Assembly (NCBI RefSeq): GCF_006345805.1
Contig: NC_043006.1
Span: forward strand, 62,868,001 to 62,932,000
From: Octopus sinensis
Taxonomy: Eukaryota
DNA length: 64,000 nucleotides
Reading direction: 5' to 3'
Under the pieces are notes generated by a model. The model made no database searches and was not told where the DNA came from. It was given only the letters and a program-made list of their open reading frames with translations. The translations under genes and the position numbers were made by a program. Each line of letters starts with the position of its first letter. The stretch's first letter is position 1. This document shows, in pieces, positions 53,037 to 64,000 of this stretch.

Positions 53037-54680
53037 GCCTTTGACAGTATACCACATTCGTGGATTCTGAAATCGCTGGACATTTTCAAAATGTCTCCTG
53101 TGATTTCAGATTTTTTGAAGTATAATATGTCACTATGGAACACGAAGCTCCAATTATATCATTTTAATGGAGTATTGCGCTCAAAAAATATCAGCATAAA
53201 CTGTGGCATTTTCCAAGGTGATTCACGTTCACCACTAATTTTCTGCATAGCACTAATACTACTCTCAAGTGAACTGAATAGAAAAGGCTACAAAATTGAC
53301 AACAGGAAAATAAGCCGTCTATTTTATAAGGATGATTTAAAACTATATGGCAAAGATCATGAAGAGCTTGAAGGACAACTACATACTGTGAAAGGATTCA
53401 GTAATGATATCGGGATGGAGTTTGGCCTTGAAAAGTGTGCCAAAGCAACTTTTAAGAAAAGGAAATTGGTAAAGTCAAGTTCAATCGAATTAGATGTCGA
53501 AACAGTAATAAAGGAACTTGAGCAGGAACAAACCTACAAATTCCTAGGAATAAATGAAGGCTCTGGTATCCAGCATGCAAGCATCAAAGAGAAGGTTAGG
53601 AAGGAATGTTATAGAGGAGTCCGAGCAGTCCTGAAGTCTGAGCTGAATGCAAATAATAAGGTGTTAGTCATAAATTCCTTAGCAGTCCTAGTTGTTCTTT
53701 ATAGCATCCATGTGCTTAACTGGAATACCAGTGAAATAATGAAAATTGACAGAAAAATCCGCAAGCTACTGACTTGTAATAAGATGCACCATCCAAAGGC
53801 AGACGTGGATCGTCTTTATCTTCCCAGAGCTCAGGGAGATCGAGGCTTGATCCAGCTTGAACTTACGTACAAAACCACCACAATCGGACTGGCTAAATAC
53901 CTTGAAGCAACCAACGATTGGATGTTAAAACTTGTTGAAAAACATGAAAGACCAAAAAAATTTCACTATATTCTCATCAAAAGATTCGCTACTGATCTCT
54001 TAGATACCTACCAGATTGATCAGGTTGAAGGAAATGCGCCAACTGCTACTGCAAAGAAAATAAAATTAATTGCAAAGACAAAAGCACATGAAAAATTAGC
54101 TAACAGATGGGAACAGAAACCTCTGCATGGCAAGTATGTGGCCCGTAGCGAATAAGCTGATATCGACCAGAAACACACACACCAATGGTTACGAAGCTCA
54201 GGGCTAAAAGCAGAGAGTGAAGGTTTCATATCAGCTGCTCAAGACCAATTCTTATTAACCCGGAACTACCCAGCTAAAGTGATACAAAATGGAGCTGACA
54301 CAAAATGCCGTTTCTGTAACAATGAGATTGAAACTATAGACCACCTAATATCAGGCTGTAGAGTCTTAGCACCTGTAGAATATAAAGCAAGACATGACAG
54401 AGGCGGCCAGTATTTGCACTGATCAATATGTCGGCATTATAAAATCAAAACCGCTAACAATTGGTATAAACACCATCCTAAAGATTTGACTGAGGGAGAA
54501 AATGAATTGATTCTATGGTACTTCCGACAAAACTATAAAAGCTAATAAACCGGATATTATTATAAAAGATCAGACAAAAAAGATGGGTTTATTAATTGAC
54601 ATGAGTATTTCTTGCGATCACAATATAGCGGCGAAAGAATTTGACAAGATTAGTAAATATAAAGTCTTGCTAATAGAACA
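53034..54680 (+). mobile_element. Dong/R4-like retrotransposon, RT-thumb-CCHC-RLE part, starting directly after (TAA)n
   Basis: KAFDSIPHSW, GIFQGDS, FYKDDLKLY, WEQKPLHGKY, KCRFCNNEIETIDHLISGC, KPDIIIKD...LLIDMSISCD. Confidence 0.95.
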
Positions 54681-54689
54681 CAGTACACC

Positions 54690-55065
54690 AAATCGCAGGT
54701 CCTATGGTTAATCTGGAATGTCGACCCCCAGGGGGGATCCAACCTGGGGTCGAAAAGTCATCTACGGGCACAAACTCTTCTCTGAATACGAACCTGGATG
54801 GTCACTTGAACGGGAACTTCCCGAACTCAAGCCGTCCAAGTCCACCACCACAGCCACCACAGAAAGAAATATGTAAAAGGATGAAATGGACCAAAAAAGA
54901 GCATACAGAAGTAATATACGCCTATTACTATGCATTAGGCAGGTCATCTGAAGAGAAGCACACTGCACACTCTTATCATGGAGAACACGAAATCAAGACA
55001 GCAGATTATATTCGGACGAAAGCAAGTTGGCAAGTGTTAGAAGAGATATCCGCAGAAATAAAAGA
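54690..55065 (+). mobile_element. 5' ORF start of a Dong/R4-like element located downstream of the 3' part
   Basis: ORF from 54704: RMKWTKKEHTEVIYAYYYAL..., frameshifting to LWRTRNQDSRLY...VRRDIRRNKRL; comparable to the N-terminus at 33260-33520. Confidence 0.65.
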
Positions 55066-57044
55066 CTCACAGATAGATAGGTATATAGATGGAATGATGT
55101 ATTTACATTTAAATGTAAATATATTGACATATAATGATGTGTATTCATAATGCCTTTTTCAGTACTTTTTCTCTGGAATTACAAACATATCTTGTTTATT
55201 CCAAGCTTTATACTTTCTAAAAGTTCAAAAAGTTTCCTGCGCAGAACGTTGATACCGTTGTGGATTTTGCAAATGAATTAATATTACAACGGAATATTTT
55301 CCCATTCCTTTTCAAATATTTAGTTAATGCTTATATATTAAAACGGATGTTTTAATGTTGTTATTATTTGAGCAATAAAATAAAGCTTACAAACAATATA
55401 GCGTTAAGATAACACAATATTACGATAAAGTTACTATATTTATATTACATTTACTTTAGAAATAATGCAAATATTGATAGGGGATAACATTGAAATAAGA
55501 TATAATAACAAAGTTTGGAAAATTATAGATTTTGACTCATATTTAAAAATTTTATCATTTGAGTTAGTTTTGAATTTGGTTTGCAGGATTCTTGATGTGA
55601 ATTCGTGTGTTGTGATGTGTCTGGTGGGGTGGGGGGTCATTACACTAGTAATAATAAATACGTGCACTCGTGCGTGTGTTAATTACTATTGACGTAAGGG
55701 AGATCCTAAGACACAATTTATCACTCGATTTAAACGGAGAAATCTGACAATTATTGTCGACAGATGTTAAATAATTCCAAAAGTTTCAAATATCAAATAA
55801 TCAAATTTTAATTATTCCAACGATGAATACGAAGATTAATTAATTTTATAGATATCACTAACAATTTTGATTTGGTTGATCTAAATATATTCAAGACTGC
55901 ATTTGATTCCGGATCCCTAGAATTAAAATGCTAATTTCTGTTAAAGATAGGGAATTATCGGAATATCTGCAATGTAATCTTAATTTTCTATTCATTTTAT
56001 GCTGAAGCATGCAGTGATGGTAGATTCAAGTAATGTTATATGACAGCGGGAGAAACAGATTATTATGTCCGTGACAATTGCAAGAAACTAGCGAAGGAGT
56101 TGTTGATGTATTCACAATGAATATCAAATACTGAACACACGTCCAGATGTTCGAGCATCAAAGAAGATAATTTAAATGAAATTTAACTTCGGAAACATCA
56201 ATAAATTGATACCCACTCATGTTTGCAAAATATTTCTGAAAATAGATTAGGTATTAATGAAGTAAGTTTCAGAGAATAGATGGAATTGGATTTTCTTCTA
56301 GATAATTCGGCAAATTTCTCCTGTTGACAATATTTTTACATCTGTCCGCCTATGTCTCTTATCAATGTTTGTTATTGCAAGGAGTGAGCTTTTAGTAATA
56401 TTTTGATAATACAGTAGAAAAATTAACTCATTTTTCTATCGTGTAAAAAAGCTCTCCAGACAAACGTATCGCAGCATTAGAATTGAGCTATTTTCTTGTA
56501 TTTGGCAGCAAAATAACGTCGTTGAAATTAGGTTTACAATTTGTGAGCATCCGAAAATTGAACATTCTACAATTCTGTTATTTACAATAAACAAATAATA
56601 CTATAATATCATATTAGCGATTGATTTTCAAATAATAGCGTATAATTGTATTATATATATCGTATGCCATTATTTGCCGACGATTTCTGAAATATTCAAT
56701 GACACGGTTTCACACTGCCACATATAATAACAGTGACCATATTGTGAGCTACTTAGCCTTTATCTCACCACTTCTCCCCCCTTTTGCTCTTTCACTCACA
56801 TTTAACGTTATGTTGCGCTGAGTTGAAAATCAATATATGAATTAATACTTAATAATTCAATGCTTTAAATGCTAGATTTCAATGATCATGCGGAACTTAA
56901 TTTTAGATACCTTCCTGGATTAACATAATAAGTAGTTCTTTGCCATATTCTTCCGCAGTTAGAATAAGAAAAGTCTTCTACGAAACTTACATTTTACTAG
57001 AAAATCTTCAAATGATCCAGCAATTAATATTATTTTGCTGGGCT

Positions 57045-57497
57045 GAGGCAGCGAGCTGGTAGAATCGTTAGCACGCCAGGCGAAGTGCTTAGCGATATTT
57101 TTCCTCGTCTTCACATTCTGAGTTCAAATTCTGCTAAGGTCGACTTTGCCTTTCATCCATTTAGCGTCCAATGGAGTACCAATGGAGCACTGGGGTCGAT
57201 GTAATCGACTTACCACTCCCCTGAAATTACTGGCTCTGTGCCAAACTTTGAAAGCAATATCATTAGCTAGGCTAAAGCAACGAGTTGGCAGACTCTTTAC
57301 CGCACCGGGCAAAATACTTATCAGCTTTTCGTCCGCCTTTACGTTTTGAGTCCAAATTCCACTGAAGTCGACTTTGCTTTTCAACCTTTTGAGGTCAATA
57401 AAATAAATACCAGTTCAGCGTTGGGATCGACGTAATTGATTTAACCCCTACCCCGAAATTGCTTGCCTTGTGCCAAAATTCGAAACCAATATTATTA
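57045..57497 (+). mobile_element. Two tandem copies of a further tRNA-derived SINE family
   Basis: ggcagcgagctggtagaatcgttagcacgcc...gagttcaaattc...gtcgactttgcctttcatcc, repeated at about 57270. Confidence 0.8.
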
Positions 57498-58494
57498 GCT
57501 GGACTTTTTAGCGTCATAGGCTGTTGAAATACTAATAGTTTCGGATATCATTAATAATGTAAATTGATCGCAATAATGATGGTCTCTTGTAGAATCTCAA
57601 TTCCTGAACCTTGCAGACTATTAATTGCATGAGATTAATTAGACCTGATGTCTCCAAAGTCATTGTAGACATCGAAATATGAGTTAGAAATAAGGCCTGC
57701 GTGAGTCGACAAGCTTCCAATCTTCAAACGAAATTACTGGTACTTTCAGGCTATGTATTCACGTATTGATGCAAAAAAATACCAGCTGCTGTTGATGAAT
57801 TCTTATGCATTGAATGTTGTTTAGTTATATAAGTTTTCAAACAAAATAAATATTACCAAAATCTTATCTGTTATGATTCCCGACATTTTCACACCATTTA
57901 CTTACCTGTGGTAGTTACGGTAGATATATTTACGTCGATAAATATTTACATTCGATGGAAATATTCCTAGAACATTGTCAGTAGTCTATGTTTCATCATG
58001 TGGCTTGCAAATGTGATTATAACTGCATAAGAAGTGCAATTAACTATCTTTATCTAAATTGTTGTTTATTTAATTACCTACATTTTTCGATCAAATATGT
58101 TATTTAGAAATTTTGATGGTGTTTCCACGTCTGAGATATATTATAGGAAAATCAATGAAGGGGGACGTATTGATTCTGAAATCATTTTCATATTGCCTTC
58201 CCACAGATGTAGCGAGATAGTGCAGTAAGACACTTTGGTTACCAGACATGAAGATGTTACAAAGATATTTAAGTTAAATGTGCTCCATATTTATTGACAG
58301 AATTGAGATGGGTGTATAAGCGTTTTCGGTTATAAAAACAAGAAAGGTATTGTTAAGCGATTCGATTGGTATGGAAAATTGATTGTACGTTGTAAACTGA
58401 AAATTAATATACATATGTGTGTGTGTATGGTTTAGCACAAAGTTCTGAAATATACTTATTTACAAAATATATATTTTGGTATCGCGACTCTAAC

Positions 58495-59905
58495 GTACGT
58501 GCGTCGTATACCTAATGCGATGCTCCGAATGCAGCAAACACTATATCGTTTGCACAACACGACCACTTCATATTCAAATTAAAGAGCTTCTCACATCCAA
58601 CGCGCCCTCCTTCCGCAAACACCTGACCAGGTGGGGCAACACTACGAAAGAGTTAGACGCCTCTGAGAATAACACCGGCAATTTACTAATAAAGGAGACT
58701 CTGCTGATACGCTGCTTCAGTCCGAAAATTAACAGTCGATTGGAGTTGAGCCAGTGACTCCTATGACAGCATCCAACAGATGGCGAATGGCCTACAACAA
58801 CAGCCGAGATTCTTTTACACCAACAGTCATACATCTGGCAACACTTAAAAAGCGATTGCGACTGGTACTACTGAACTACTGTTATTAGTCGTTGTACTAC
58901 AATTGGTCAGATCAACAGCTCAGACGAAGTCATCTAACGACTTCATCGTCCCAAACCTGACACGATGGTATAGTTTTAGTTTAAAAGTGGTCTCCTTCTA
59001 CATCTCGTTTCCTACTATTCCCGCGGTCAACCTGATCACGGACTGTGCCGTCTCCTTGGACTTACACTGCTTCGGATTTACCACCTACAACATCCACCAG
59101 CTACTATCAGTTATAGTCACTAACACACACTTCGATTTCTTGGACAACACCTATAAATAGTGTTCAGGTCTGCCTATGGTGTCCAGCCAGTCAGGCCTGC
59201 TCGCTATTGCCTACTTAGAGTGGCTTGAGTGTAGGGCACTCAGCACCGTCCACGCATATGCCTTTTTTGTCAAGTATGTGGACAACATTCTAATACTCGC
59301 CCCATCCACAAAACACGCCTCCACTATACTGGAGAAGTTCAATGTAATGGACCAAGATATTAGCTTCACCATTGAACACCCTAACAATGATGGTTCTCAC
59401 TCTTTGCTCGACTTTCGTCTAAGCTTTACAGATGAGAGGGAAAATTGCTGCGGTGTTCGACAGAAAATCTGCTTCCCGGGATCTCTTCGTCCATTCTAAA
59501 TCGGCCATCCCTATCAATGCCAAGTTCAACTACGTACGTAACGAGATTGCTAGGATACGCAAAAAAAAGGGCAGTGACAACACCAACCGGGACGCGCATG
59601 TTACTCAATTCCTAAAGACACTTGGGGCTAACGGATGTCTTACGTCTGCCTCCTACTCCATACAGGAACACAGGCCAGCTAAACGTTGCAAGAAGGATCT
59701 TTCGGAAGCCTGTTTACTTAAAATTCCCCACTTCAACCAGAAGACCACTTCCGCCATCTACAAGGCTATCCGCAGGGAACGACTCAAGATTTCGTTGGCC
59801 TATTCAGGGCCGTCCCTACACAAACACTTAACAACGAGATGGTTACGTACAGTACAACAGCCCTGCATCGTAATGAACTACCCCATACAGATACATATAC
59901 AGAGA
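58495..59905 (+). mobile_element. Penelope-like element (Nematis-like) with GIY-YIG placed upstream of RT
   Basis: EN VVYLMRCSECSKHYI...TRPLHI...NLLIKETLLIR...PKINSRLEL* (58503-58757). RT PRFFY, VVSFYISFPTIP, SGLPMVS, KYVDNI, SFTIEH, LLDF; thumb HSKSAIPINAKFNYVRNEIARI. Confidence 0.9.
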
Positions 59906-60151
59906 ATTTGAAACAGTTTTTTTTTTAAATATTAAGTCAGTCAAAATAATTACACGTTTTCAGGATAATCTGGATAAACAGGGTAAATTGGTTGGGGTAA
60001 TCTGTTTACTGGGAGTTGTTTTCAGTAGCAGTGTCTAATTCTTCTTTAATTTTGGAATTAGAATTCTAATAACGTAGCATTTCTGATAGATTTACGCACA
60101 TTCACACACAAACAAATACACACATGCACACACAAAAATACACGCGCGTGC

Positions 60152-60204
<53 letters not shown>

Positions 60205-60676
60205 ATACATATGTACCGTTTTCAGTTGAGTAGATTTGAGCAGTGTGAAATATATTGCCTAGCTCAAGGACACAAAGCGACACAAACTCATGACATTATA
60301 ATCGTAGCTCAACAGCCTTACTGCAAAACCATGCGCCTATACACACGCATACATACACACACACACACATATATATATATGTATATATATATACACTTTT
60401 TGTATGCCCTTATCGTTAATGAATATAATGCGAAGACGAAATTATAATTATTAGAAAATAGATTTTTCATTGATAATTTACACCTGCGTCAATCTGGACC
60501 TTTTGATCATCATATTTTATAAAAATCTAATTTATTCGCATCTGCTAATCTATTATACCGCATTTAAGTTGCAACGCACTTCAGCCAAACTCGCATATAC
60601 ACATAAAGATCTGAGCACATCTACGCTACTTATATAGCAATACATGTTTATGTGTGTGAGTGAGTGCATGGGCATC

Positions 60677-60745
<69 letters not shown>

Positions 60746-61261
60746 TTGTTTTTTTGTGTATCTGTGCGTTCTTTTATTTTTAAGTGTGCGCAGAAAGAAA
60801 AAAGTCATACAGATAGACAGACTGAGAGACATTCAGAGAGAAAGAGTTGAATGGAGGAAGCTATACGGGTGGAGCCGGGTGTATGTACGAATTTCTGTAT
60901 CAACCTGTGTTTGTTCAACGTCTGTTTGAACAGTGTTCGAAACATACAAAAACGTATAGAGAGAAACAATGAGAACATGAAGAGAACGATATTGATGGAT
61001 AATTAGCTAAGTAAAATATAGAGATTTGTATCGGTATATTATGAATGATGGGATCATATACAGGTAGAGATATACTGTTCACTGCTTACTGCAAATTTCA
61101 GGAACAATTATTAGACAAGTAAAGTGTGGCGTGTTTTACACACAAACATTGATGTATACACATGCACACACGCCTATATGCGCTGGAGTGCTGATACAAA
61201 TACTAATATATATATAATATATATAAATATATATATAAATTTATATATATATATATATATA

Positions 61262-61400
61262 TTCCTCTGTCTTCCCTTCTCTGGATCTTTCCTTCTCCTA
61301 TGTTTCCGACGAAGAGCTCCGCTCGAAACGTTAAACCCTCATTCTTTCTTCTTTCCTGAGCGTCCAATAATTATTCACGTCCTCGCGTCTTGTGTTTTTA
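61262..61400 (+). mobile_element. Short PLE-derived element, same family as 17318
   Basis: Shared sequence ctcctatg(c/t)ttccgacgaagagctccgctcgaaacg...tttcctgagcg(c/t)ccaataat. Confidence 0.75.
61302..61336 (+). ncRNA. Minimal HHR-like motif, U4C core variant
   Basis: gttt-CCGACGA-a-gagc(tcc)gctc-GAAA-CG-TT-aaac; 4-bp stems I and II, palindromic AACGTT. Confidence 0.6.
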
Positions 61401-62154
61401 GTGCTTCTTGTTTGGATTAAATATATATATATATAGATATATATATATATATATATAATATATATATAAATTTCAAGGTAGTAAAATTATTTGAAATGTT
61501 TACCACCATGACCCAGCGTGTAGAAAAAAACTAGTCAATAGACTATATATTATTCATTATATATACAGTGTACATTTAAACAGATAGGTCTTGTTTTTTT
61601 GCGAGCCATCAATTCGTACTTTAGCTCTATAAGCACTTCTCTTCTCTAGACAAATTCTTCCTAACGGACAGCAACATTGATCTTTACAATTACAATTTTT
61701 GGGGGTTATTTCTGGCACTGTGGTTGCTTCGAATAGTTTTCGTGTATCTTCCCCTTACTACTTGTTATTTTTCCCTTCATCTTCATTTTGTCTTATCGTA
61801 AAATATTTAGCTGAACGCTGTTATATCCTCTCTCTCTCTCTGTTTTTCTATAATTTCTATCCTTATTTCTCTCTTTCCCTCTCTTTCTCTTCCCTCCAGT
61901 CTTCTACATATTTTTCTTCCAACCGCCATCTCTTATTTTTATTCTGATTCTTCTAACAAGTTGTGACTTCACAAGATATGCACGAAGACGTATGATGTAT
62001 ACCGATGTCTTTTTTTATATAGGTAGTTCTCAGTTACCTAAAAGAATTTCTAATCAACTCGTGCTTGTAGTGATAAATTACATGGTTATTGACGTTATGT
62101 CTATTTTCGGCATATTTTGGCAGTTAAAATGTTTTCTTTTGCTCTTACTTATAC

Positions 62155-62250
62155 ATTGTATATATATATATATGTATATACTATATATATATATTATATA
62201 TAGATATATATATATATATATAATATATATATATATATAATATATATATG

Positions 62251-62300
<50 letters not shown>

Positions 62301-62314
62301 ATCTATATATATAC

Positions 62315-62353
<39 letters not shown>

Positions 62354-62428
62354 TAAATTAAAATATATATACAATATATAATAATTATATACATCATATA
62401 TAGAATATATACCATATATATATATATA

Positions 62429-62459
<31 letters not shown>

Positions 62460-62634
62460 TATTATATGTGTGTGTGTGTGTGTGGTGTGTATTATATATA
62501 TATATATGTATATATATATATGTATATATATATATGTTATATTATATATATGTATATATATATTATTATATATGTATATATGTATATATATGTAATATAA
62601 TATTATATATATATATGGATATATAATATATATC

Positions 62635-62676
<42 letters not shown>

Positions 62677-62719
62677 TTATATATATAATATATATATATA
62701 AAATATATATATATATATA

Positions 62720-62766
<47 letters not shown>

Positions 62767-62800
62767 TATATATATATTATATTATGTATATATATTTTAA
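62155..62800. repeat. Long degenerate (AT)n tract
   Basis: Read directly from the sequence. Confidence 0.95.
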
Positions 62801-62813
62801 TTTAGAGGTAGTT

Positions 62814-63044
62814 GATCGACTGATGAAAATATAGGAAACCACCTGCACAATGAAAGCTTTCTTCAGAGGTAAACACACACACACACACATTTATACATGT
62901 AGGCCCATTGATTGACGGCTGTATGATCGACTGAAAATAGAGGGAACCACCTGCACAATGATATCTTTCCTCAGAAGTAAAACACACACACACACACACA
63001 CATTACACATTTATATATGTAGGCCCAGTGATTGAAGGCAGTAT
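62814..63044 (+). repeat. Diverged tandem duplication (~111-120 bp units) containing (CA)n
   Basis: gatcgactga...aaccacctgcacaatga...gtaggccca(t/g)tgattga repeated. Confidence 0.9.
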
Positions 63045-63904
63045 GTAGAGTTTGCTTTGCTACTACATGGTTTCGCGTTCAGCTTCACTTCGTGGAACTT
63101 TGGGAAAGTATCCTCTGTTATAGTTCCAAGCTTACCAAAGCTGTGCGAATGCTTTTGGTAAATAGAGAAGCACACGCACATACATATATATATATAAACA
63201 AATATATTTACATATATACGGGTCCTCCGAGATTGGTGAGAGTCAACAAGAAAGGTCGTCTTTAGTTGGAAGCTTAAAGGGAACGCCTTCAACAAAGTGA
63301 ACGCCACGAAAGGTACATAAATTACCAGGTGTTAGCGCTAAACCGAGAGCCACATTAAGTCTTACACCCAAGTAAGGCATGATGGTGTTTGAAATCTAAA
63401 GGCAAACAGCGGGAATGAACACTGAACAGCATCAGTGCTGCCGATCCAGCTGTCTAGTTACCTCCTTTTTACTTCACTTGGGAAGGATGAAACGTTTTTT
63501 TTCAATTCGGCAGGACTTGAACAAAGACGCAACGAGTTGGAACAGGTACGCGTAAGATCTTTGCGGACTAAAATCTCGTCCAGTACATATGTATAGTATG
63601 TATGAAAACATGTGTATGGGGAAGTATATATGAATATATGTGTATACATATGTGTGTGAGTGTTTTTTTGTGTGTGTGTGTGTGTGTGTCTTTGTGTGTG
63701 TATGTGTATCTGTAGCGTGTTGATTTGGTGTGTCGATGTATATAGTTATTTAGTTTACATTAAATGGAATATATTTAATTAGATTTTTATCTTTATATAC
63801 ATTGCAATTTAAAATATAAAATATTTTATAAGTTTTGTCTACCAAGATAGATGTAGAAAATTTGTCTCTCTCTCATTTTCGCAATCTGTCTCTGCTTCAC
63901 CCTC

Positions 63905-63906
63905 GC

Positions 63907-63990
<84 letters not shown>

Positions 63991-64000
63991 CCTCTCTCTC
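63905..64000. repeat. (CT)n microsatellite
   Basis: Read directly from the sequence. Confidence 0.95.

Noticed and set aside
57906-57966. Minus-strand candidate exon with a CAG/GTAAGT donor
   Set aside because: Weak acceptor, unrecognisable peptide, no companion exons
55700-58300. Possible decayed leucine-rich-repeat or Toll-like pseudogene on the minus strand (for example YLEENPIPSI, NQIKIVS)
   Set aside because: Many stops in all frames and no TIR domain seen; AT-rich DNA gives L/N/I-rich frames by chance. An HMM search would be needed

Overview
Eukaryotic, very AT-rich, repeat-saturated DNA; no host protein-coding gene could be supported. The SINE families, (AT)n/(CA)n density and retroelement mix look like an octopus (coleoid cephalopod) intron or intergenic region; this is inference, not a database result. 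Most ORFs in the track are microsatellite or antisense artefacts. The recognisable content is decayed mobile DNA: about a dozen Penelope-like element (PLE) fragments (GIY-YIG endonuclease and RT), RLE-type non-LTR elements (two Dong/R4-like, one Hero-like, two CRE-like), RTE and CR1/L2 scraps, mariner fragments and many tRNA-derived SINEs. The most notable signal is about 12 minimal type I hammerhead ribozyme (HHR) motifs in PLE-derived repeats. One has a canonical core (1397-1454); others carry compensatory U3-A8 cores (7248, 7608, 49155), U4C cores or A6U cores. One pair sits in a 360-nt-period tandem with retrozyme-like geometry, and several sit in inverted-repeat pairs. Also notable: a ~100-nt 28S rRNA fragment fused antisense to a PLE 3' end, and two retroelements with permuted domain order. 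Boundaries of decayed elements are approximate; clade names come from remembered motifs and are tentative.
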